From the NCBI GenBank assembly GCA_963808625.1, contig CAWEHK010000019.1:32001-96000 (forward strand): a DNA stretch of 64,000 nt, given 5' to 3'. The position numbers were made by a program, and so were the translations under genes. How positions within the stretch are numbered: the stretch's first letter is position 1; each line of letters opens with the position of its first letter. A model generated the notes under the pieces. The model worked only from the letters and a program-made list of their open reading frames with translations, ran no database searches and was not told where the DNA came from. Positions 8,862-18,645 of this stretch are shown in pieces. This stretch comes from an uncultured delta proteobacterium (lineage in GTDB: Bacteria > Desulfobacterota > Syntrophobacteria > Syntrophobacterales > Syntrophobacteraceae).

Positions 8862-10619
8862 TTAGATGCCGGCCGTGACCTCCGGGAAGATAAGGTAGAA
8901 CATGATATAGCCGATCAGCAGGGTGAAGCAGAGCTGAAAGGTCTGCCCGAAGACGTAGAGAGTAATGGGCTTGCCGCCCTTGAAGTAATGGCCGAACTCT
9001 CTGAAATCGGTCTCGAGGCCGATGCAGGTGAACGCCAGGGCGAAGAACCATTCACGCGCAATGCGTGTGAAGCCCCGGAGAACGCCGTGGTCGATCATCA
9101 CGGTGCTCATATCGCTGCCCACGCTCTGGTCGATGATGGAAAAAACGATCGAGGCGATGATGAAGCCGATAACGAACTTCGGGAAGCGGTACCAGATTTC
9201 CCACCAGCTCACGGTTTGACCCGGAGCGCATTCCACTCTGGCGCACCAGTACACGGCCACGCCGAAAGCCACGACACCGATCAGCACGTTCTGGATCATC
9301 TTGATCGTTGCCGCTACGTAGAGGGCCTTTTGACCCAAAAAGGCGCCGGCCGCAGCCACGGCGCCAGTCGAATCGATGGTGCTGCCCATCCAGGCTCCGG
9401 CCAGGATCTCCGGCATTCCTACCAGCTTGGCGAACGCCGGCTGGCCCACCATGCAGATCGCCGTGAAGACCATGGAAAGCCCAATGGCCAGCGTCAGCTC
9501 CTCTTTTTTGGCCCGGCAGGCCGCGGCGGTGGCGATGGCCGCCGAGACGCCGCAGACCGACATATCGGCCGAAATGGTGATGTTCAGGGTCTTGGAAGGC
9601 ATTTTGACGATCTTCTGGCCGAACCAGTAGGTCAGGATCAGGGTGATCGGGGTGCAAATCCAGGCGATAAAGATGCCCGGTTTGCCGATGGCTAAAATCT
9701 TGTTGAAAAGGATTTCGGCACCGAGCAGAACGAGCCCGGTCTTGATGTAGAATTCGGTGCAGACCGCGGGCTGCATCCATTTGGGGGTGCCGACCGTGTT
9801 GCTGATGAGGAGGCCGAAGGCGATGGCCCACAGCGGAAAGCCGAAGCCCCAGTATTTCATCAGGGCCTGGGTTTCGGCCATGTAGGCCAATATCGCAATA
9901 ATGAAGACCGCCGGGAAGGCGATGACGAACCGGCTGAACGGGGTGCCCATGATGGCCTTGCCGATGCCGAAGAACACGGCCAGGATGATGCACAACCCGA
10001 TCAGATAGGGTATTCGGTTATAGGGTTTGACATTGAACTTGCTGTCGGCTTTGGAGAAGGCGTCCTTAGCTTTCTGCCAGGCGTTGATCTCCTTCTCGGC
10101 TGCGGCGTTGAGATTTGGGTCCTTGAAGCCTGCTGCTGCAGCGGCGGCCTGAGCGGTCTTGGCGCTTGCCAGCGCGGCTTCGGCAGCGGCCTTGGCTTTG
10201 TCCGCCGCCTCTTTAAAGGGCGCGCCCATGGCCTTGGCGGTTTCCTCGCTGCGGTAGAGGGCGTCTACCGGGTTGGTGTCCCAGTCACTGGGCGCGGCCA
10301 GGAAGTTCTGAATGGTCTTGGCGAAATCCTGGTTGGTTGCCCGAACTCCGCGTTTGGCTGATGACGCATTATACCACTCGATCGTTTTGAAGGGCGCCTT
10401 GGCGGCCTCTTCCTTCATCGTCGCATTGTACTTGGGGATTTCGGCCGCTTTCTCCGGCGGTCGCGGCAGGTAGATGACCAGCCCGATGATGAGAAGCAAA
10501 AACCCCATCCAGACAGCCATCCAGTCTTCTTTCTTGTAAAGATCCTTAAGCGAGGTCTTGCCGCTTTCTATAACTACATAATCCGGTTCCGCTGGCGACG
10601 GTGTTTTGGTTTCTGCCAT
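8862..10619 (-). CDS. YeiH / putative sulfate exporter (PSE) family transporter, long form
   Basis: EDWMAVWMG, EFYIKTGLVLLGAE, SADMSVCGVSAAIATAAAC, AWMGSTIDSTGAVAAAG, KMIQNVLIG, RFPKFVIGF, FTCIGLET; Ala/Lys-rich soluble insert after TM1; GGAGG before ATG at 10619. Confidence 0.88.
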   Translation of the reverse strand: MAETKTPSPAEPDYVVIESGKTSLKDLYKKEDWMAVWMGFLLLIIGLVIYLPRPPEKAAEIPKYNATMKEEAAKAPFKTIEWYNASSAKRGVRATNQDFAKTIQNFLAAPSDWDTNPVDALYRSEETAKAMGAPFKEAADKAKAAAEAALASAKTAQAAAAAAGFKDPNLNAAAEKEINAWQKAKDAFSKADSKFNVKPYNRIPYLIGLCIILAVFFGIGKAIMGTPFSRFVIAFPAVFIIAILAYMAETQALMKYWGFGFPLWAIAFGLLISNTVGTPKWMQPAVCTEFYIKTGLVLLGAEILFNKILAIGKPGIFIAWICTPITLILTYWFGQKIVKMPSKTLNITISADMSVCGVSAAIATAAACRAKKEELTLAIGLSMVFTAICMVGQPAFAKLVGMPEILAGAWMGSTIDSTGAVAAAGAFLGQKALYVAATIKMIQNVLIGVVAFGVAVYWCARVECAPGQTVSWWEIWYRFPKFVIGFIIASIVFSIIDQSVGSDMSTVMIDHGVLRGFTRIAREWFFALAFTCIGLETDFREFGHYFKGGKPITLYVFGQTFQLCFTLLIGYIMFYLIFPEVTAGI

Positions 10620-10997
10620 ACTACCTCCTTGTAGGAGCCCTTTACGGGCGGAAGAAGACACATCATGGCGCCTCCCTCGCAAGCCTGCCTCAGCGATGCC
10701 GAGAACAGGAGTGCTCCCTCTTCCGTCTTCAGAGGAAAACCCTCTATTCTTGCGATGTCGGAGACGGTGTCATCGTCTTTGGCCGCCTTGCCATCACCTC
10801 CTTTCGCGACGCCGCCAGCAACAATCCGAAAACCATGTTGCGCCGACGATTAAGGGTTATCCAAAGACAACTTGTCCTTCAGTTTGAGAGCCTTTTCATC
10901 CACGAAGTCACACGAAAAACTGCGAAGACACACGAAGCAAGCATTTACGTGGTAAACTATCGCAAACTGAGCAGATTGTGTCAAGTTCGTGGTCATC

Positions 10998-12044
10998 TCA
11001 CCGCTCGAATCTCTTGACGCAGGTAAGACAGGATTGATTCGGGTTTCCAATGGCCAGTCCTTCTCGAAACTGTCGGAACGCCTCACTCTCCCAGATCGCC
11101 AGCGGGTCCAGGGTGAGGACATTGCCGAAGATGCGGCGCCTGGGATCTGGCCCGGCGGCTGGCAGTTTGAGATAGACACATGGGGATGCGGAACCGTCAG
11201 CGGCCACGAAAAGCGAACGGGCGATGTTTTCACGACAGCTCATACCGGATGCGCTCGGGTCCGGCAGGCTCCAGTGGCATTCCATACCCAGGCGTCGAAT
11301 TTCGGATGCCGTTTCCTGAAGAATGGAAGCCGCTGCCGCCAGCTTCCCGGGTTCATCGAGGCCGAAACCCTCGGGCTTCAATTCAGCGCTCGGAACATAG
11401 TCGAGGGTGCTGATCACCGCCGCGTGCACGCCGAGGCGCTGCATCAGGGCCGGCAGACCGCGCACCGCTTCCATGTTCGAGGCCAGCATCAGGTAGGCGA
11501 GATGAATCTCCAGGTGCACTCCCTGGCGTGCGCGCCGGACGGCCTGGAGGAGGGATATTGCTTCACCTACCCTCTCGAAGTCTACTCCCTGACGGGAGGC
11601 GTTGGTTGCCGCACTGGTGCCGGCCAGCGAGAAGGCAATGATATCCAGACCGCTTTCCACGATCTGCAGGGCCAGGTGTTCGTTCATGATCAGGCCGCAG
11701 GTGGTGGTGGACACGGCACTCCCGGTCTTGAGCGCCAGCGCGGCCATCTCGAAGAAGGCGGGATTGAGCAGCGGTTCTCCCCAACCCTGGAGATGCACGC
11801 GGCTTGAACGCCGCATCAAGGGCCAGAGGCGGGCGAAGGTTGCCATGTCCATGTCTCGCCCCGGCCACTGCTCGTGCATGATCGTGTGGGGACAATAGCG
11901 GCAGCGGCCGGGACAGCGGGTCGAGACCTCCACCTGGAGGCAGTCCAGGAGGCGCCGAACCCCGAAAAGGCGTTCGCGAAGAGTCTCCCAGATCCCCGGT
12001 TCGCGGAATGATCGCTCGGAGGTTTTGTCCGATACTCGCTTCAT
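10998..12044 (-). CDS. Radical SAM protein with C-terminal SPASM/Twitch-like domain
   Basis: CPGRCRYC (CxxxCxxC), LQGWGEPLL; C-terminal C...FVAADGSASPC...FGNV...IWES...CLTC. Confidence 0.9.
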   Translation of the reverse strand: MKRVSDKTSERSFREPGIWETLRERLFGVRRLLDCLQVEVSTRCPGRCRYCPHTIMHEQWPGRDMDMATFARLWPLMRRSSRVHLQGWGEPLLNPAFFEMAALALKTGSAVSTTTCGLIMNEHLALQIVESGLDIIAFSLAGTSAATNASRQGVDFERVGEAISLLQAVRRARQGVHLEIHLAYLMLASNMEAVRGLPALMQRLGVHAAVISTLDYVPSAELKPEGFGLDEPGKLAAAASILQETASEIRRLGMECHWSLPDPSASGMSCRENIARSLFVAADGSASPCVYLKLPAAGPDPRRRIFGNVLTLDPLAIWESEAFRQFREGLAIGNPNQSCLTCVKRFER

Positions 12045-12058
12045 AACGAACTCACCGT

Positions 12059-12137
12059 GTCACCCCCGCATGCTTTTGGCGAGGGTCCAGGGACATAACA
12101 GTTGACCTGGATTCCCGCCAAAAGCATGCGGGTTGAC
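12059..12137. repeat. GTCA(T/C)...GAATCCAG-type palindrome pair
   Basis: GTCACCCCCGCATGCTTTTGGCGAGGGTCCAG...CTGGATTCCCGCCAAAAGCATGCGGGTTGAC; relatives at 24786, 25551 and 61156. Confidence 0.8.
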
Positions 12138-12181
12138 GCCTGGTAACGGTGGCCCTCTACTCCTTCACCCTGAATTAAGTT

Positions 12182-13026
12182 TCAGCGACCGAAAATGCTG
12201 GAGAGCCTTTGCAGCAGTCCCGGCCGAGCCGGTGCCCAGCTTACCTCCACATACGGGAGGAAAGGAAGCGCTCCCCATTTACGTTTGAAGAAACCAACTC
12301 CGGTATTGATGCCCAGCCCAAGGTTCATGAGAGTCTGCCCGCGTTGATAAGCCTCTTCCAGAAGTCCCCCAAGCAGGAGATCGGTGCTGCCCGGTGGAGC
12401 CAGCCGGGGGTCCCGGAAGCAGAACATGAAGAAAGCGGTCCGGAAGGCACTGAAATCACCCACGACAAAAGCGGCCAGCTTGCCGTCGGCGAGTCGCCCG
12501 GAAAGCACCAGGCTGCCGGGAGAGGCCGCGAGGTAGTGGGGCAGATGCTGAAAAACGTGTCGCGTTCCTGGCTCCAGATGGCGCTCGTCGAGGTAGCGCT
12601 GGACCAGCGCCAGGTGATCATCGCCCCATTGGTGTCCCCTCTCGACGGTCAGCTCCCGACTCGCCCGGCGAATAAGGTTGCGCACCTTCTGGAGGAGGTA
12701 GAGGATGCGGCACCGGCAGGGAATAATAGCAGTCCTCGGTAACCTGGCTCTCCGCCCGGGCCTGGGGCGGTCTGGCCGGTCCGATGACGGTGAGATACGC
12801 AGGTCTCTAATTTTGAGCGCTTCACTGACAGCCTCGGCCATGGCTTCCGTATCCCGAGGGTCATGCAAAGGATAACCTACCAGCACCAGCTTCTTCTCCG
12901 AGGCAAAACCCACACAGTCTCCCACCAGCTCGGCTCTGTTCCCGAGACGGTACGAACGTACGGCAGAAGTTGTTCGGGGACCACCGCCTCAGCGGTTACT
13001 CGAGCCAGGAGATCCGGGCCGATCAT
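12182..13026 (-). CDS. Fem/GNAT-fold acyl- or aminoacyl-transferase-like protein (frameshifts near 12930 and 12700-12790)
   Basis: MIGPDLLARVTAEAVVPEQL.. joins ..LVLVGYPL..GSTDLLL..LMNLGLGINTGVGFFKRKWG; ATGA overlap with the upstream gene; paralogous to the N-terminal half of 13023..14714. Confidence 0.7.
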
Positions 13027-14714
13027 TTCGCCCTCCTGACCGTGAAGCCCGCCTGACTCAGCATGGGACGCAGATCGAGCAGGTGTGCCGATCCCACCAG
13101 TACCGCACAACGGCCCCGTTCCAGAAATGGGCGCATCCGTTCGAGGAAGACGGCGTCGCGGCGATTGATGACCCATTCGGTGCGGGTGGGAAACTCGATG
13201 CTGGTGCCCATCATGCGCTCCAGGTTCCCTCTCAGGTAGGCGCGTTCATTGCGTTTCAAATACCCGTGCCAGCGGGGGCACTGGCGAAAGAAATTGATAA
13301 TGCGGGGGATCGGGATGCTCTCGAGGGTCTCGAGCTGCTCGGCGATGGTCTCCATGCCCCGCACCGTCTTTCCCATCTCCCTAGCCAGGTGCCACGCCTC
13401 AAGATCTACCGAATAACGCCAGTCATGACGTGCCAGAAAGCTGGTCCAGAGCGAAAAAAAGGCCATCCAGGGGCGGGTTTCGGCGAGAAAATGACGCACA
13501 TCCGGCGCGTTGGGAGTACTGAATCCCAGCAGCCGCGCCCAAAAACCCTGTGGTCCACATACCACTCGCTCCAGACGACGGATCTCCTCCTCCGTCAGCA
13601 GTTCGATGAGCCGGGGGCTTCCTGCGGCTGGGCTTCGCCCCACCTCCGCCACTCGGTCAAGGCTCGCCTGATCGAGCGGCCCTTCGAAGAGAACCGTATC
13701 CACCCGTTCAAAGAGTTCGCGAAAGGAGGTTTCGAAGCTGCAGCAAAAGAAGTGCGCCGTTCCGCCAAGCCAGGAACGACTCTCGTCTTTTTCGACTTCC
13801 CAGAGCATGGCGAAGTGTCGCTGCGGGGGGAGGCTGGCCAGAAACTCCCGCTTGGACATGGCTTCACCGGGCATGGCGCGCAACGCCCGCATGAACTCGT
13901 TCATCTCGGTACGGGCCTTAGCTTTTGCCTCCCAGGCCGCCATTTCATAGGGTAGCGATGGAGTCCCTCCCCACTTGGTCTTGAAGCGACGAATGCCATC
14001 GTTAACGCCGAGACCGAGATGCAGAAAATCCTTCTGCTCTCTTCTCGCCAGCTCGATCATTTTCAGAAAGAGCAGATCGGAAGCGTGAGGGGTATAATGG
14101 ATACGGGAGTGAGCCCCGAGGAGATAGGTTAAAAAACAGCCGGGAGCCGTGTCCAGCAGCAGGCAGGCGGCGAGATGACCGCGCTCGTCCCAGGCATCGA
14201 GGAAGACCAGACCAGGAGCCCGGGAGATCACATGGTCGGTGCGCGCGTAGAGCTCGCGGACGTTAGGCGGCAGGGGCACGCGAGCCAGGAATTCGGCCCA
14301 AAGGCGGCGGTGCGCCGGGGTGAACTGCGCGCCCTCTTCCACTTGGAGCGAGGTCGCGGCCTGGGCCGCCTGGCGTTCAAGACGGGACGGTACAGGTATA
14401 TCAGAAGGGAGGGTATAGTAGAAATCCTGATTAGTGCGGTAGTGCTGCAGGCGACTGGGAAGGGAGGGGCTGATCGCCCAACACCTCGTGGCCCGTGTCC
14501 GGGATAAGGCTTCGGCCAAGGCTTCGTCAAAACTTAGCGATGAATCATCTCCCGAGAGCGGATAGCCTACCGCCAGCAGCCAGTCCTTGGCAGCAACAAA
14601 AAGGTAGGGACCCAGGAGGAAGGCCGAACCGTCCGACATGGCCTCCATAAAGGCCACGGAATGTTCGGGTACCGTCGCCTTTGCCAGGACGGCATTTATC
14701 TCGGAAGGATTCAT
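13023..14714 (-). CDS. Fusion of a Fem/GNAT-like domain and a TraB/GumN (Tiki-like) domain
   Basis: N-half: VPEH, VGYPL, ASDLLF, LHLGLGVNDGIRRFKTKWGG; C-half: LWEVEK..SWLGGTAH, VLFEG, SVDL, GMETIAEQL, RRDAVF, VLVGSAHL (TraB/GumN signature); alternative GTG start at 14750. Confidence 0.78.
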   Translation of the reverse strand: MNPSEINAVLAKATVPEHSVAFMEAMSDGSAFLLGPYLFVAAKDWLLAVGYPLSGDDSSLSFDEALAEALSRTRATRCWAISPSLPSRLQHYRTNQDFYYTLPSDIPVPSRLERQAAQAATSLQVEEGAQFTPAHRRLWAEFLARVPLPPNVRELYARTDHVISRAPGLVFLDAWDERGHLAACLLLDTAPGCFLTYLLGAHSRIHYTPHASDLLFLKMIELARREQKDFLHLGLGVNDGIRRFKTKWGGTPSLPYEMAAWEAKAKARTEMNEFMRALRAMPGEAMSKREFLASLPPQRHFAMLWEVEKDESRSWLGGTAHFFCCSFETSFRELFERVDTVLFEGPLDQASLDRVAEVGRSPAAGSPRLIELLTEEEIRRLERVVCGPQGFWARLLGFSTPNAPDVRHFLAETRPWMAFFSLWTSFLARHDWRYSVDLEAWHLAREMGKTVRGMETIAEQLETLESIPIPRIINFFRQCPRWHGYLKRNERAYLRGNLERMMGTSIEFPTRTEWVINRRDAVFLERMRPFLERGRCAVLVGSAHLLDLRPMLSQAGFTVRRAK

Positions 14715-14856
14715 CACGGCACTCCATCCAGAAATACGGAAAGGAGTCACACGGACTGCGGGTCAACTTTTTATGGCCTAATCGCTTCTCAAGAGTCAAT
14801 ATATCATATCGTACGGGATTTCGCTGCGATAACCCTTTAGAGAGCGGGGAATCATC

Positions 14857-17084
14857 ATGACGCAAGCGCTTGACCATTACTCGGAATGAAGTGCTGTTTG
14901 GAGCCGACGCAACCTCGGGGATAGTGGCCGTAGAGCAGGTTTCCGGGAATCGAATGCGGCTTTTCAGGCGCGGGACGGATGGCCTGGTGCAGGAAGACGA
15001 GGCCTTCCGGCCCTTTATGGTATTGGAAAAAGAAGGGCTTCTCGATGGCTTCAGGAAGCCCTTTACAGGCCACGCGCTCAGTTCCACCAATGCCTTTAAG
15101 TTCCTGGCTCTATTTGAGAATTGGGGAGATTGCGAGAGCGCCCGAGACCACCTGCGCAAGACCAGCGGGGAATCAGCCTCCTCCCCGACGGCACCCTACC
15201 TCTATCTGGCCGATCCCGTGCATCAGCACCTGCTGCTCACCGGCAAGACCCTCTTCAAGGGCCTGGCGTTCAAGGATATCCATCGTCTCGCCCTCGATAT
15301 CGAAACCGCTTGTGCGCCGGGGTTTGAGTTTTCAAACCCTCAGAGAGAAGAGGATCGCATCCTCTCCATTGCCCTGATGGACAATCGGGGGTTCGCGGAA
15401 GTGCTGTTCGGCGGGGATATGACGGAAAAAGAGATGCTCCAGGCTTTGGGCGAGAGGATCATGGCCCTCGACCCGGACGTCCTGGAAGGGCACAACCTCT
15501 TCAATTTTGATCTCGAATATATCGTTGCCCGGGCCAGGATGCATGGCGTTAAACTGCCCTGGGGACGCAACGGCAGTGAGCCCAGGATTCGTAAATCCCG
15601 CTTTACGGTAGCCGAGCGCATCATTGATTTTACCCGCATGGACATCTTCGGCCGGCATGTCGTGGATACCATGTTTCTGCTGCAATATTACGATGTCACG
15701 GCCCGCGAGCTGGAGAGCTACGGGTTGAAATCCGCCGCGCTTCACTTCGGCCTGGCCGATGAGGACCGGACTTATATCGATGGGGACAGGATTCAATGGG
15801 CTTATGAGCATGATCCGGAAGCCCTCAAGCGCTACAACCTGGATGATGTGAGGGAAACCCTGGCGCTCTCCGAGCTTCTCGGGTATCCGTTTTTCCTGCA
15901 AGCGCAAATCTTCCCCTTTTCCTACCAGAATATTTTCGTGCGGGGCAATGCGACCAAGATCAACGCGCTGTTCCTGCGGGAGTATCTCAGGAGGCGGGCT
16001 TCCATCCCCAAGCCCATGGCCAGGGGAGATTTTGAAGGAGGCTACACGGATGTCTTTGTCGAGGGCGTGGTGAAGAACGTGGTGCACTGCGACGTCGCAT
16101 CACTTTACCCCTCGATCATGCTCTCTTTCAGCCTGAAGCCGGCAGGGGACAGCCTGGACATCTTCCTGCCCCTCCTCCGGGATTTGCGCGCCTTCCGCCT
16201 GGAAGCCAAGAGAAAAGGCCCATGAGGTCGCCTCACCCCACGATCGGGACTATTACCAGGCACTCCAGCAGACCTTCAAGATCCTCATCAATTCCTTCTA
16301 CGGTTACCTCGGGACGGCGCTGCATCATTTTTCCGATCCCGGTTTGGCGGCCGAAGTCACCCGCCTGGGACGGGAGCTTATCCGCAAGATGCTGGCGTGG
16401 CTGGAAGAAGAGGGGGCGACGCCGGTCGAGATCGACACCGACGGGATTTACTTTGTGCCGCCTCCCGGCGTGGTCACCGAAGAGCAGGCCGGGGCGCTGG
16501 TTGCGCGGCTTTCCCAGAGCCTTCCGGAAGGCATCGAGGTGGAGATGGATGGGCGCTATGTCTCGATGTTCTCGTATAAGAAGAAAAACTACGCGCTGCT
16601 CGATGCGTCGGGAAACGTCACCATAAGAGGAAGCGGACTTCGTTCAAGGGGAATGGAAAAATACCTGCGGGAATTTCTTGCAGCCATGATTCGCCTGCTG
16701 CTCGAAGGGAGAGGAGAGGAAGTCAGTCAGCTCTACAAGGGCTTCGACGAGCGCCTGAAACAGCACCAGATGGACATTGCCTTGCTGGCAAAAACGGAGA
16801 CCCTTACCGAAACTCCTGAGAACTATCAACTAAAAATCAAAGCCAAGAAGCGCAACCGGGCGGCGGCTTACGAGCTTGCCTTGAGCTCGGGACGAGATTT
16901 CCGCGCCGGCGATCAGGTCTCCTATTACGTGACCGGCAGCGACAAGAAAGTGCGCGTTTTTGAAAACTGCAAATTCGCTTCCAGCTACGATCCGACTCAA
17001 CCGGATGAAAATATCGCCTATTATCAGGCCAAATTGCTTGAGCTGGTGAAGAAATTCCAGGATTTCCTGCCCCGGATGCCTTAG
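14857..17084 (+). CDS. polB: Family B DNA polymerase (Pol II-like) with 3'-5' exonuclease; frameshift near 16215 and probably near 14868
   Basis: ExoI ALDIET, ExoII GHNLFNFD, ExoIII YNLDDV, motif A DVASLYPSI, motif B KILINSFYGYLG (read in the second frame at about 16280-16315), motif C EIDTDG. Confidence 0.9.
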
Positions 17085-17110
17085 AGGCGGCAAAATGGTA
17101 CCTTTAATGC

Positions 17111-17250
17111 TGGTTCCAAGCTCCGCTTGGGAACCCACCTCTTCGGAAGCTCCAGCCTCGTCGGACGAGTGGATGCCACGTGAAACTCAAGAGGCACGGG
17201 AAGCTAGGAGCTTCGCGGAAACCTGCGTTTACCATAAGGCTGAGCCTGCG
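17111..17250. repeat. Palindromic repeat cluster between convergent genes
   Basis: GGTTCCAAGCTCCGCTTGGGAACC hairpin, then GGAAGCTCCAGCCTCG ... GGAAGCTAGGAGCTTCG arms. Confidence 0.65.
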
Positions 17251-17282
17251 GAAGAGTTTCGGTATTAGTGAGCTCCCCCTTT

Positions 17283-18488
17283 TTATAAGGTTGGGTCGGG
17301 GGAATTCTCCGTCGAGTTTTGCGCGAAGTGTGAATTTTCAGACAAGCCCTTAATTGTGGACACGCCGAGGCGGAAGAGGATTTCCAGGGGTTCGACTATT
17401 CGGTCGCCGGTTCGTGAGCTTCCGATCGTGACGGCATCTTCGGGCTGTTCATCCACCCAGGCCGCGAGCAGGGTCTGGGCGACCGCAAGGACGACCGGCC
17501 CGACGAAGATCCCGATGAGCCCCATGGCCATGAGTCCCCCGATCACCCCGGCGAAAATGAGGAGCAAAGGCAGGTCCGCCCCTTTTCGGATCAGCACGGG
17601 ACGCAGGAAGTTGTCCATGGTGCCGACAATGATGGTCCACACCAGGAGGAAGGTCCCCCACCCCCAGTTATCACTCCAATACAGCCAGGCCACTGCAGGT
17701 GCAAGCACGAGAAACGGGCCTACCTGGGCAATGCAGAGCATGGCCATCATCGCGGTCAGAACGGCCGCGAAGGGCACACCGGCGATGGCGAGGCCGACGC
17801 CGCCCATGACTGACTGGGCAAACGCCGTTACCACGACGCCGAGTGCTACCCCGCGAATGGTCTGGCCGGCGAGACGGGCTGATTTCTCCCCCCGCGGTCC
17901 CGCCAGACGACCCCCGAATTTCAGGATGCGCTGTGCGGCATGTTCACCGTTGGCATACATGGCTGCTGCGAGAACGACCGTGAGCAGGAACTGCACGAAT
18001 AAGACGCCAAAACCGCCGACCTCGAAAATGAACCATTTGATGACACTCACCGCGTAGGGTGCAGCCTTGCTGGAAAATTGCTCGATGCCCGCAGCAGCCA
18101 CCTGCTGCCAGGCCTGGTGAGCCTTGTCGCCGATAAACGGGAGCTTTCCCACCCACTCGGGCGGGGGCGGCATTTTGAAAGTGGCGAGAGACCTGGCCCA
18201 TCCCAGGACCTCGTCTGCGTTGGAGACAATCGTACCGATGGCCAGCGAGAGGGGAACGACCAGGACGCAGAGGAGCATGAGCGTCATCAGGGCCACGGCA
18301 AGCCATCGCCTGCCCCATAGCCAACCCTGGATGGTGGTCATGAGCGGCCAGGTCGCAACGACGATCATTGCCGCCCACACGATCGCTCCCAGGAACGGCC
18401 GCAGAATCCAGATGGAAGATCCCATGAGCGCAACGATAAAGATCGCTGCCAGCACGGGGCGGGTGATGTCTCGCTCGGTTGCGGCCAT
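17283..18488 (-). CDS. ydiK: AI-2E family transporter (YdiK-like)
   Basis: SIWILRPFL, WAAMIVVATWP, IRGVALGVVVTA, DNFLRPVLIRKGADLPLLLIFAGVIGGL, GIFVGPVVLAV. Confidence 0.88.
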   Translation of the reverse strand: MAATERDITRPVLAAIFIVALMGSSIWILRPFLGAIVWAAMIVVATWPLMTTIQGWLWGRRWLAVALMTLMLLCVLVVPLSLAIGTIVSNADEVLGWARSLATFKMPPPPEWVGKLPFIGDKAHQAWQQVAAAGIEQFSSKAAPYAVSVIKWFIFEVGGFGVLFVQFLLTVVLAAAMYANGEHAAQRILKFGGRLAGPRGEKSARLAGQTIRGVALGVVVTAFAQSVMGGVGLAIAGVPFAAVLTAMMAMLCIAQVGPFLVLAPAVAWLYWSDNWGWGTFLLVWTIIVGTMDNFLRPVLIRKGADLPLLLIFAGVIGGLMAMGLIGIFVGPVVLAVAQTLLAAWVDEQPEDAVTIGSSRTGDRIVEPLEILFRLGVSTIKGLSENSHFAQNSTENSPDPTL

Positions 18489-18560
18489 GACCGGTACCTC
18501 GTTGTTGTTGGTTTCGCAGATATCCTGCCGGGGCGTCAGGCCCGCGCGTGCGCGAATTCA

Positions 18561-18642
18561 GTGGGCGGGTTGGAAAACCCGCCCTCCGGTGAATGGTCAT
18601 CCCCGCCGTTGCGCGAATTCAGTAGCAGGGCGGGTGCTCACC
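18561..18642. repeat. REP-like palindrome doublet
   Basis: GGCGGGTTGGAAAACCCGCCCTCC, repeated identically at 24669-24692; local direct repeat TGCGCGAATTCAGT at about 18549 and 18610. Confidence 0.75.
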
Positions 18643-18645
18643 TCA

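Noticed and set aside
16200..16230. Programmed frameshift or naturally split polB
   Set aside because: One extra A in a short A run explains it; there is no canonical slippery heptamer, and similar indels occur throughout the window.
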